Of a DNA stretch of 64,000 nt, positions 48,741-56,804 are shown in pieces. Source of the DNA: a candidate division FCPU426 bacterium (GTDB taxonomy: Bacteria; Oederibacteriota; Muellerivitia; Muellerivitales; Muellerivitaceae). How positions within the stretch are numbered: position 1 is the stretch's first letter; every line of letters begins with the position of its first letter. The translations under genes and the position numbers were made by a program. The stretch lies in NCBI GenBank assembly GCA_963796105.1, contig CAWCKJ010000004.1, positions 992,001 to 1,056,000 on the forward strand. Direction: 5' to 3'. The notes beneath the pieces are model-generated. The model saw only the letters and a program-made list of their open reading frames with translations. It searched no databases and was not told where the DNA came from.

Positions 48741-50369
48741 TTACTTTCCCTGTTGGAACAAGTATTGAGCCAAGTCGTTGATTTGAGTGTCGGTTAATTG
48801 TCCCTCGAAGGTCTGCATGGCGGAATCCGGGTTCATCTTGACCGGGTTCTTGACGTAGGAGGCGATGTAATCCGCGTCCCGGGCCTGGCCGATGTGGGAA
48901 AGATCCGGGCCGATGTCCTCGCCCACTCCATGGAACTTGTGGCAGGTCGAGCAGTTATCCTCGAAAAGCCGGGGGGCTTGCGCCGTGAAAGTGCCTCCGC
49001 CCAAACTACTCATGTAGGCCACTAACGCCTCCACCTCGCCGTCCATCAGGTTGAAATTGGGCATCTTGGTTCCGGGGGTAATCTTTTTGGGGTCCCGGAA
49101 ATGCATGGCCAGCCAATCCCGGCCCCTGCGCATTCCGACTTTGTCGAGGACCGGGCCGACTGTCCCGCCCTGTCCATTCAATTGGTGGCAGTATTTGCAG
49201 TTGAGGGCCTGAAAAAGCCTTTTGCCGGCTGTCACCAGGGGGTCCTTCTTGACATCCGGATTCGTCAGGGGAGAGCGCGCGCCCAGCACGGTGAGAACAA
49301 TCAATCCCGCGATGGCGGCCACGCCAGCACCGGTCCATAACGGTCTTTGCAATGGATGACGTTTTGGATTTTTATCCAGGAAGGGCAGGAGGAACAAAAA
49401 TCCGAACGCGATCGTCGGGAGCAGGACAATAGCGAAGGTTTCCAAGGATCCCGGGAAATACTTCAAGAGTTGAAACACGGAAAGGAAGTACCATTCGGGA
49501 CGGGGATTGTAAGTCGTGTCGTTGGGATTCGCCAGGTCTTCCAGTTCCGCTGGGCGGAAATAAGCGATCAGGGAGAGGACCAAAAAAACCAGCATGACCG
49601 CGACCATATCCTTAAAAATAATATAGGGGAAAAAAGACAAGCCTTGGGCTTTCAACTGCAGATACCTCTGCTTGAAGCGGGATTTCCAATCTTCCGCGAG
49701 GGCATCGGCGGGTTCCAGTTTTTCCGGCGGGGCTGAGATGCTATGCCAGACGACCAAGAACAAATGCAACGCCATCAGAGAGAGAAGGAGGGCTGGAAAG
49801 ACCAGCACGTGAATGGCGTAAAAGCGCGCGAGGGTGACGGCTCCCAGATCCTGGCTGCCCTTCATGATTTTGGCCAGGGAAGGCCCTAGGTATGGGACCT
49901 GCTCCACCATATGGGCTCCTACGGTGGTCGCCCAATAGGCTTTTTGATCCCAAGGCAAGAGGTATCCGGTGAAGCCGAATCCCACTACGAGACAAAAGAG
50001 CCCGACCCCCGTCAGCCAAGTGATCTCCCGGGGATACTTATAGGCTCCCATGAAAAAAACACGGATCAAGTGCAAGGTTACCGCCACCACCATGCCCGTG
50101 GCCCCCCACTTATGAATGGCCCGGATCCATCTGCCCATCGGTATCTCGTTGCTGAGGTAGCGGACCGAATCATAAGCGTGATCGGTCGAGGGGGAATAAT
50201 GCATGGCCAGGAGGATGCCTGTTACGGCCTGGATCACGAAAAGGAAAAGAGTCACGCTTCCCAGCGTATACCACCAGTTCACTCCCTTGGGTATGTGGCG
50301 GTCGAGGATAACTTCCTTTATTTTTTTCCAGCCTGTTCGTTCGTCCAGCCAGTCGAGGATTTCTTTCAT
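48741..50369 (-). CDS. Cytochrome b (b6 + subunit IV-like) fused to two c-type cytochrome domains
   Basis: Four heme-b His ligands, FTGYLLPWDQKAYWA, RPEWYF; CKYCH...MP and CSTCH...SAM. Confidence 0.92.
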   Translation of the reverse strand: MKEILDWLDERTGWKKIKEVILDRHIPKGVNWWYTLGSVTLFLFVIQAVTGILLAMHYSPSTDHAYDSVRYLSNEIPMGRWIRAIHKWGATGMVVAVTLHLIRVFFMGAYKYPREITWLTGVGLFCLVVGFGFTGYLLPWDQKAYWATTVGAHMVEQVPYLGPSLAKIMKGSQDLGAVTLARFYAIHVLVFPALLLSLMALHLFLVVWHSISAPPEKLEPADALAEDWKSRFKQRYLQLKAQGLSFFPYIIFKDMVAVMLVFLVLSLIAYFRPAELEDLANPNDTTYNPRPEWYFLSVFQLLKYFPGSLETFAIVLLPTIAFGFLFLLPFLDKNPKRHPLQRPLWTGAGVAAIAGLIVLTVLGARSPLTNPDVKKDPLVTAGKRLFQALNCKYCHQLNGQGGTVGPVLDKVGMRRGRDWLAMHFRDPKKITPGTKMPNFNLMDGEVEALVAYMSSLGGGTFTAQAPRLFEDNCSTCHKFHGVGEDIGPDLSHIGQARDADYIASYVKNPVKMNPDSAMQTFEGQLTDTQINDLAQYLFQQGK

Positions 50370-50872
50370 GAATTAGCCTCCTCGGGCAGGATCGAGACGA
50401 CTCCGTTCACCACTTTCACGGGATAACGGTCCAAGGGCCGGGGCGGGGGGCCTGAAACCACCTTGCCGTTTTTGTCGAAAACCCCGTTATGGCAAGGGCA
50501 GAGAAAAAGTTTTTTATCGGGATCCCAACGGTAAGGACAGCCCAGGTGGGTGCAATGGGGATTGAACGCCGTGAGGTTTCCATTGTCCTTCAACAGCCAA
50601 ACCGTTCCCCCGGTTTCGGTGGTCGTCCAACCATCCGTGAGCCGCTGGATAAATTCCTTCTTAACTGGCTGGCCCTCCAGCAAATCCGCCTCGGGTCCGG
50701 CTTCCACCCAGTTCTCTTTTTTCCTCAGCCAGGCAGGGGAAAGGAAATAAACAGCCCCTCCACCGCCCAGGACAAAAGCGATCACGCCTCCTAAAAACGT
50801 GATAGCCCCAGCCAGGAATTTCCTGCGTCCGGAATCGACGGGGTCAGAGATTTTTTTATCGGAAGGACACAT
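50366..50872 (-). CDS. Rieske iron-sulfur protein with Tat signal
   Basis: SGRRKFL, CTHLGC, CPCHNGVF, GPPPRPL. Confidence 0.93.
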   Translation of the reverse strand: MCPSDKKISDPVDSGRRKFLAGAITFLGGVIAFVLGGGGAVYFLSPAWLRKKENWVEAGPEADLLEGQPVKKEFIQRLTDGWTTTETGGTVWLLKDNGNLTAFNPHCTHLGCPYRWDPDKKLFLCPCHNGVFDKNGKVVSGPPPRPLDRYPVKVVNGVVSILPEEANS

Positions 50873-50975
50873 GATTTTCTCCTTAACGATATTCACCGCG
50901 CTGAAACGCGTTCATAATCCTGTGTTCTTTTGCATGAAGGAATCCGTTCCACAAAAGGCTGGAACTTTGAGGCCC

Positions 50976-51368
50976 TTATTTTGCGATGCTGTTTTCTTCC
51001 ACGCTCTCATTTCCTGTCAGGGTTTTTACATACCAGGCGACATCGTGAATCTGGGCGTCGGTCAATTTGCCCCTATACTTGGGCATCCGGTGTTTGCCGG
51101 TATCGACCATCGCCTCGATTTGATACGCCGACATTTTGATGACCTCGGCCCGGTGCAGGTCGACTTTTTTCACGGGAACCTTCAACAACTTGGCCATTTT
51201 CGGATTGCCCGCCCCGTCCTGCCCATGGCATCTGGCGCATTTCCCGTCGAAAAGTTTTTTCCCCAACTCCAGGTTTTCAGCTGAGGCCGCGGAAAAAATT
51301 AAAAAAGCCAATGCCGTTAAAAAATATATTGAGAAATCCCAGATGCGAATCATTTTCAAAATCCTCAT
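50976..51368 (-). CDS. Periplasmic monoheme cytochrome c (paralog 1)
   Basis: Signal peptide, CARCH, GKHRMPKY (His/Met ligation). Confidence 0.9.
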   Translation of the reverse strand: MRILKMIRIWDFSIYFLTALAFLIFSAASAENLELGKKLFDGKCARCHGQDGAGNPKMAKLLKVPVKKVDLHRAEVIKMSAYQIEAMVDTGKHRMPKYRGKLTDAQIHDVAWYVKTLTGNESVEENSIAK

Positions 51369-51634
51369 GCGTTCCTCCTTTGAAAAAACACTCGGGTAAT
51401 ATTAAGCCGTTTTTTCTAACTACGCCACAGATTTTGAAAAGAGAATTCTGAGGCGTTCAGTGCCATAATTCATCCGGAAAAGGAGGAAAGCCGTCTTCAG
51501 GGTGGAAACATCCATTTTCGATATCGAAAAAATCACTTTCAACGCCGGAGGAATTTTAGTCTCTCGAGTCAAGAATTTCCAACTTAGGCGGGATACTCGA
51601 ACAGGGAAGGGGGAGTTTTATTTCGGGAAAGCCG

Positions 51635-51707
51635 GTCACAAAAAGTAACTTGGTATGCTTGTGATCAAAAAAATCAAAAATGCTGAATCTCTATGACTTC
51701 CATCATA
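51635..51707. promoter_or_regulatory. GTCAC-N5-GTAAC and TATGA-N6-TCATA boxes upstream of the tetraheme/FeS/NrfD operon
   Basis: Boxes at 51635-51649 and 51692-51707; both motifs recur at 55069-55167 and 55402-55447. Confidence 0.5.
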
Positions 51708-51812
51708 ATGAGTTTTTTTTTTGTCGTTCATCATGCGCTCAAGCCGAGATTTTGGTGGCGCCTATTGTCGTATCGTTGTGCGCATAAGAGACCACGCTTC
51801 GGCAGAGGAAAA

Positions 51813-52259
51813 ATGATTCCCTCACAAATTTGGAAACCTTTCACGATTTTCATCGTCATCATTGCACTTTTTGTTTTCGTACGGGGTTTTATGGTGCCGT
51901 CTTCCTTCGGACAGTACGGCCGTTTCCGGGGCGACGCCCTGGGGGAGATCGCCTCCAAACCCGTGCATTATGCCGGCAAAAAATCCTGCGTGGATTGTCA
52001 TGACAAGAGAGTCGAAGAAGTCAATAATTCCAAACATGCTTCCCAAAGCTGTGAAACCTGCCACGGGCCGTCCCAGAACCACGTGGACGATCCCTCGGTC
52101 GTCCCGCCGCTGAAGATGGGAAGCAACGAGTGGTGCCTGAAGTGCCATTCCAGCAACCCTTCTCGGCCGAAAGCGTTTCCCCAAGTGGTTGCATCCAAGC
52201 ATAACCCGGAAGTGAATTGCGTCGAATGCCATAATCCCCATCATCCGGAGAAACCATGA
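51813..52259 (+). CDS. Membrane-anchored tetraheme cytochrome c
   Basis: N-terminal TM, VP.SFG.YG.FRG, CVDCH, CETCH, CLKCH, CVECH. Confidence 0.9.
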   Translation: MIPSQIWKPFTIFIVIIALFVFVRGFMVPSSFGQYGRFRGDALGEIASKPVHYAGKKSCVDCHDKRVEEVNNSKHASQSCETCHGPSQNHVDDPSVVPPLKMGSNEWCLKCHSSNPSRPKAFPQVVASKHNPEVNCVECHNPHHPEKP

Positions 52260-53041
52260 GACCAGAAATCATTTCTCAGTCGCGAAGACAATTCATGAAG
52301 TTTGTCCTGAAATTGACGTTTGTTTTCACTTATATCCAATCAGGGATATTCTTTTGGGCTCCCCGTAAAGCCCGCGGGGCCGCGACGCTTCCTGAAGGTT
52401 ACAAGCCTGAGGATCATAAATGGTGCATCTCAATCGACGTGGAGAAGTGTATCGGCTGCGGCCGATGCGTGGCAGCCTGCAAGGCCGAGAATAATGTTCC
52501 GGATGAACCCTGCTATTTCAGGACCTGGGTGGAGCGTTACGGAATCAGGGAAGGCAAAGAGCCTTACGTGGACTCGCCCAACGGGGGGAAGGACGGGTTT
52601 CCCCCGACCAGCGAGATTCAAGCCGGGGACAAGTCCTTTTTCGTCCCGAAATTATGCAACCACTGCGAGAACTCGCCTTGCTCCCAGGTTTGCCCAACGG
52701 GCGCGACCTTCGTGTCTCCCGACGGGGTGGTCCTGGTGGACCCAAATTACTGCATCGGTTGCCGGTTCTGCATCCAGGCCTGCCCTTATGGCTGCCGTTT
52801 CTTCAGCCCTGAAACCCAGACCGCAGAGAAATGCACCCTTTGCTATCACCGCATCACCCGTGGTTTATTGCCGGCTTGCGTGGAGATTTGCCCCACCGGC
52901 ACCAGAAAATTTGGCGATTTGAAAGACCCCAACAGCCCCATCCACGCTTTTCTGGTCGGGAACAAGGTTCAGGTATTGAAACCTCACTTGAGGACCCACC
53001 CCAAGGTTTACTATGTGGGCCTAGATTCGGCGGTGAAGTAA
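52256..53041 (+). CDS. 4x[4Fe-4S] protein (NrfC/DmsB-like) with Tat signal
   Basis: SRRQFMK; CIGCGRCVAAC, CNHCENSPCSQVCP, CIGCRFCIQACP, KCTLC...PACVEICP. Confidence 0.92.
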   Translation: MRPEIISQSRRQFMKFVLKLTFVFTYIQSGIFFWAPRKARGAATLPEGYKPEDHKWCISIDVEKCIGCGRCVAACKAENNVPDEPCYFRTWVERYGIREGKEPYVDSPNGGKDGFPPTSEIQAGDKSFFVPKLCNHCENSPCSQVCPTGATFVSPDGVVLVDPNYCIGCRFCIQACPYGCRFFSPETQTAEKCTLCYHRITRGLLPACVEICPTGTRKFGDLKDPNSPIHAFLVGNKVQVLKPHLRTHPKVYYVGLDSAVK

Positions 53042-54243
53042 TGGATAACAATTCTGTTCAAGCTATCGCGGAAGCCCTTCGGCAGGTGAAAGGCTATATT
53101 TATCCCAACGAATTGGAATTGCAGTGGGGGTTCCTAATCGTGATCTATCCTTATGTAACAGGCTTGGTGGCCGGGGCTTTCATCCTGGCGTCCCTCGAGC
53201 GCGTATTCAACGTTCACGCGATCAAACCTATATACAGGATGTCGCTGCTGACCGCCCTTTCGTTTCTCATCGTCGCTCCCATGCCCCTCCTATTCCATTT
53301 GGGCCATCCGGAGAGGGCATTGGAAGTCGTCATCACCCCCCATTGGACTTCTCCCATGGCCATGTTCGGGTTTGTTTACGCCTGGTACCTGATGGTGGTT
53401 CTGTTGCTTGAGATTTGGTATGACTTCCGCGCCGACATTGTGCGCTTCTCCAAGACCAAGAGCGGATGGCTTGGGAAATTTTACGGACTGCTCACGCTCG
53501 GCGTGACGGATGTGTCGGAAAAATCCCTGGCGGTGGACGATAAGGCCGGCAGGATCATTACCATGATCGGCATTCCATCCGCGTTTTTACTTCACGGCTA
53601 TGTCGGGTTCATCTTCGGCTCCATCAAGGCCAACCCCTGGTGGGGAACGGTCGTGATGCCGATCATTTTCATATTCTCCGCGGTGGTCTCCGGCATCGCC
53701 TTGATGCTAGTGATTTACTTCGCGACCAGTTTGTTCCGGAAAGTGCCGATCCAGATGGCCTGCCTGGACGCTATGGGAAAATTCCTCTTTTACGCCTTGA
53801 TCTTGGATTTTTCGATGGAATCCCTTGACTGGTTTCACCGGCTTTATGAGGCGGAGGAATCCCTCGACATTCTGGTCCTGCTGGTTTCGGGAAAGCTTTT
53901 CCTTTCTCTCGTGATCGTTCAAATATTCATGGGCACGTTGGTTCCGCTCTTCGCCTTGGGAGCCACGCAGCTTTTCAAGATTCCAGAAAACGTCAGGAAG
54001 GTTCTGTCCGTCGGCTCCGCTCTGCTGGTGCTTCTGGGGGTGTTCGCAGTCCGCTGGAACGTGGTTATCGGGGGCCAGCTTTTTTCCAAGAGCTTGGCCG
54101 GATTCACCACCTTTAAGCCCGATTTCATCGGCCGGGAGGGATTGCTGGTAGGCTTGGCTCTCCTTGTTTTGCCTTTCCTGGTCCTTTGGGTGATTGTCCG
54201 GCTCCTGCCGCCCTGGCTTTCTTCCACCCAGAAACACACCTAA
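53041..54243 (+). CDS. NrfD/PsrC family quinone-interacting membrane subunit
   Basis: W..LIV.YPYVTGL.AGAF, HLGHPER, TSPM, HGYVGFIFG..KA.P.W, SA.VSG.A, RWNVVIGGQ. Confidence 0.9.
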   Translation: MDNNSVQAIAEALRQVKGYIYPNELELQWGFLIVIYPYVTGLVAGAFILASLERVFNVHAIKPIYRMSLLTALSFLIVAPMPLLFHLGHPERALEVVITPHWTSPMAMFGFVYAWYLMVVLLLEIWYDFRADIVRFSKTKSGWLGKFYGLLTLGVTDVSEKSLAVDDKAGRIITMIGIPSAFLLHGYVGFIFGSIKANPWWGTVVMPIIFIFSAVVSGIALMLVIYFATSLFRKVPIQMACLDAMGKFLFYALILDFSMESLDWFHRLYEAEESLDILVLLVSGKLFLSLVIVQIFMGTLVPLFALGATQLFKIPENVRKVLSVGSALLVLLGVFAVRWNVVIGGQLFSKSLAGFTTFKPDFIGREGLLVGLALLVLPFLVLWVIVRLLPPWLSSTQKHT

Positions 54244-54547
54244 TCGGAATTTTAGAAAGCCTATAGAATTAAGTTTCTCATCGATGAAATACAAGCCGTG
54301 TTTTGCGGCTCAAACAATACCTGCCTGCGTTATTCGCGAAAGACTCCCTTATCCATTCCCAAAGAAGTAGATTCCAATCTTTTTAATAATATTCGAACTT
54401 ATAAGGTTAGGCCTAGGGTTCCTGGCGATGTCTTTCAGGAATCCGTCCCCAGTTCACAGACCTCAGCCGGTGGAAGGACTTACCGGAAAGCTATGGTTGG
54501 GAAATACCAGATGGAAAAGAATCGATTTGAATTGAACAGAAGGCAAT

Positions 54548-54576
54548 AAAAAAGCCGGGGAAAATTCCCCGGCTTT
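54548..54576. terminator. Intrinsic terminator
   Basis: AAAAAAGCCGGGGAA-AA-TTCCCCGGCTTT. Confidence 0.8.
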
Positions 54577-54619
54577 ACGTTCTATCGTTTTATCCAGCCG
54601 CGGTATCCGCGGCCCTTAT

Positions 54620-54985
54620 TTACTTTTCGGCTTTGAGACTCTTCACGTACTGCACCACTTGCTGGATCTGTTCAGGAGTCAGCTTGCCCTTGTACTTCGG
54701 CATCTTCTTCTTCCCGGCGCTGACTATTTTTCCCATATCCTCTGCTGACAAGGCCACCGCCGCGCCACTGGTCAAATCCAACGCCGCAGGAGTCGTCTTC
54801 AACATCTTCACCATCTTGGCCACGCCCTTCGCGTCCTTGCCGTGGCATTGAGCGCATTTGGACTCGAATAATTTCTGGCCCGCTTGGGAATTATCCCCCT
54901 CCGCCGTCACGAAGGTCACGGTGAAAAGAAATATGGAAATGAAAATCAAAACAAAACCAGCCTGCAAACTCAAAATCTTTTTCAT
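54620..54985 (-). CDS. Periplasmic monoheme cytochrome c (paralog 2)
   Basis: Signal peptide, CAQCH, GKKKMPKYKGKLT; GGAGG RBS. Confidence 0.9.
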   Translation of the reverse strand: MKKILSLQAGFVLIFISIFLFTVTFVTAEGDNSQAGQKLFESKCAQCHGKDAKGVAKMVKMLKTTPAALDLTSGAAVALSAEDMGKIVSAGKKKMPKYKGKLTPEQIQQVVQYVKSLKAEK

Positions 54986-55068
54986 TACTTCCTCCCTTTT
55001 TACTTTCATCGGCGGTTTGAAAACCGCCGGACAGATTTTTCGTAGGCCTAGTCTGCTCTAGGAGGGAC

Positions 55069-55167
55069 TCCCGCCTATATGATGCGTGTCATATAGGCGG
55101 GATTTGATTCATTCCAGGAGTAAAACAAGGAATTTATTTTTTTCGCGTACTAGTAACCGGCGGTAAC
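55069..55167. promoter_or_regulatory. Palindrome with 14-bp arms containing ATGA-N6-TCAT, plus a GTAAC-N5-GTAAC box
   Basis: TCCCGCCTATATGA-TGCGTG-TCATATAGGCGGGA (55069-55102); second box at 55153-55167. Confidence 0.55.
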
Positions 55168-55401
55168 TAGTTTCCGGTATTTTAACATTTGGCGGAAGCT
55201 GAAGGGATTCACGGGATATTCCGACTTGGTTTGGAAGATTTTTTTCCATGTAAACATGATGAGCAACTGACTCGCGCTCAAACCCTTCGGGATTTTGAGC
55301 TTGAACTTGGCAAGCAGTTCGTGGAACGTCCCTGAATTTAGAAAGACGGTTTGATCCATTCCGGGATGCATCGGGATGGATGAAGGAATATTTGTGAACT
55401 A

Positions 55402-55476
55402 GTTACCAGCAGTAACTCATTAATCGCTAGAACATGATTTATGTCATATAGAACGAAAAGTAGGCAAGAGTATCTT
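55402..55476 (+). promoter_or_regulatory. Probable promoter of the porin-cytochrome operon
   Basis: GTTAC-CAGCA-GTAAC (55402-55416), ATGA-TTTATG-TCAT (55434-55447), TATCTT -10-like hexamer at 55471-55476. Confidence 0.5.
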
Positions 55477-55703
55477 CCATTCAGTTGAGCGTGTTGTGCC
55501 ATGAGTTTTTTAAGAAATGATTGGCTTTACGTTATGCGGATGAATTTGATGTTTTTAGTTGCTCGACTGCCGATTCGAATTACCGTTGAATTAAAAAATG
55601 TACCGTGAGTCAATGATCAGAATTCATTTTTATAAAGACGCGTACGCGAGCAAAAAAGGTCGGGGAATCTGAGGGGCTTTAATTTTTTTTTGAGGAGCGG
55701 ACG

Positions 55704-56780
55704 ATGATAAAGCCAACGGTGATCCGGGGAATAGTGAAGGCGTTCACCGGATGTATTCTAGTTTTAGCTTATTGCGCCATGCATAGAGTCTGGGCTGATA
55801 ATTCAGATTCGTCCCCCCAGCCCAACACCACACCGGCGGTCGTGTCTGACGCGGCCACGCCGGTTCCCGCAAAGGAAAAAATTTCCAAAAAGAAAGCCAA
55901 GGTACAGGAAGAGGCGAAAGAAGAAGCGGCGTCCCAAACGGAAGACCGGGCCGTTCCCAAGTACGTTGGGACTGACACCTGCATCACCTGCCACCAGGAT
56001 AATGGAAACAGCTTCCTTCATTCCACCCATGGAAGGCTCATGGAGAGCCGAAAGGGAGTCACCTACGATAAAGCCTGCGAGACCTGTCACGGGCCCGGAA
56101 GCCTGCACGTGGAGTTCGCGGACAACACCACCGACGCCCGGTTTCAAACGATCAAGTTTCCTCCCAAGATGGACGCGCCCGAGGCGAACGCCATCTGCCT
56201 CACCTGTCACGTGGCCAAGACTCATTTCCACTGGAAGGGAAGCCCGCATGACATGCAGAACGTCACCTGCGTGTCCTGCCACATGGTTCACCAGGACGAG
56301 AAGAAGCCCAACAAGCACCTGCTGAAGGCGCCCAAGGTGATGGATGTTTGCTTCACCTGCCACATCGAGAAAAAAGCGCAGATCGCCCGGAACGGCCATA
56401 TGCCCCTCAACGAGGATGAGATGACTTGCACCTCCTGCCACGACGTGCATGGAACCTCAGGCGACAAGAACTTGCTGGGCGACTCGGTGAACGAAACTTG
56501 CTTCAAGTGCCACGCCGATAAGAGGGGTCCGTTCCTCTTCGAGCATCCCCCGGTTCAGGAGAGCTGTTTGAACTGCCACAATCCACACGGAAGCAACAAC
56601 GATCATATGCTGGTGGAGCGGCCGCCGTTCCTCTGCCAGCGCTGTCACATGAAACATGGCGTCTATGACGCGACCGCCTTGGCCAACAAGGATAGCCATT
56701 TCATAGGCCAAGCGTGCCTTAACTGTCATTCCAATATCCACGGCAGTAACTCCCCATCAGGCAGTAAATTTCAAAGATAA
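55704..56780 (+). CDS. mtrA: Decaheme cytochrome c, MtrA/DmsE/PioA/MtoA family
   Basis: Ten CxxCH motifs counted; CETCHGPGSLH, W.GS.H, KRGPFLFEHPPV.E.C..CH.PHGS, C..CHS.IHGSN.PSG..F.R. Confidence 0.95.
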   Translation: MIKPTVIRGIVKAFTGCILVLAYCAMHRVWADNSDSSPQPNTTPAVVSDAATPVPAKEKISKKKAKVQEEAKEEAASQTEDRAVPKYVGTDTCITCHQDNGNSFLHSTHGRLMESRKGVTYDKACETCHGPGSLHVEFADNTTDARFQTIKFPPKMDAPEANAICLTCHVAKTHFHWKGSPHDMQNVTCVSCHMVHQDEKKPNKHLLKAPKVMDVCFTCHIEKKAQIARNGHMPLNEDEMTCTSCHDVHGTSGDKNLLGDSVNETCFKCHADKRGPFLFEHPPVQESCLNCHNPHGSNNDHMLVERPPFLCQRCHMKHGVYDATALANKDSHFIGQACLNCHSNIHGSNSPSGSKFQR

Positions 56781-56804
56781 CGACCTAAACAAGGAGGAAG
56801 TGAC

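Noticed and set aside
51813..54243. Calling this nitrite reductase (nrf), polysulfide reductase or alternative complex III
   Set aside because: No NrfA (CxxCK), molybdopterin subunit or ActB/D/E/F genes are present in the window; only the quinone-interacting module is there
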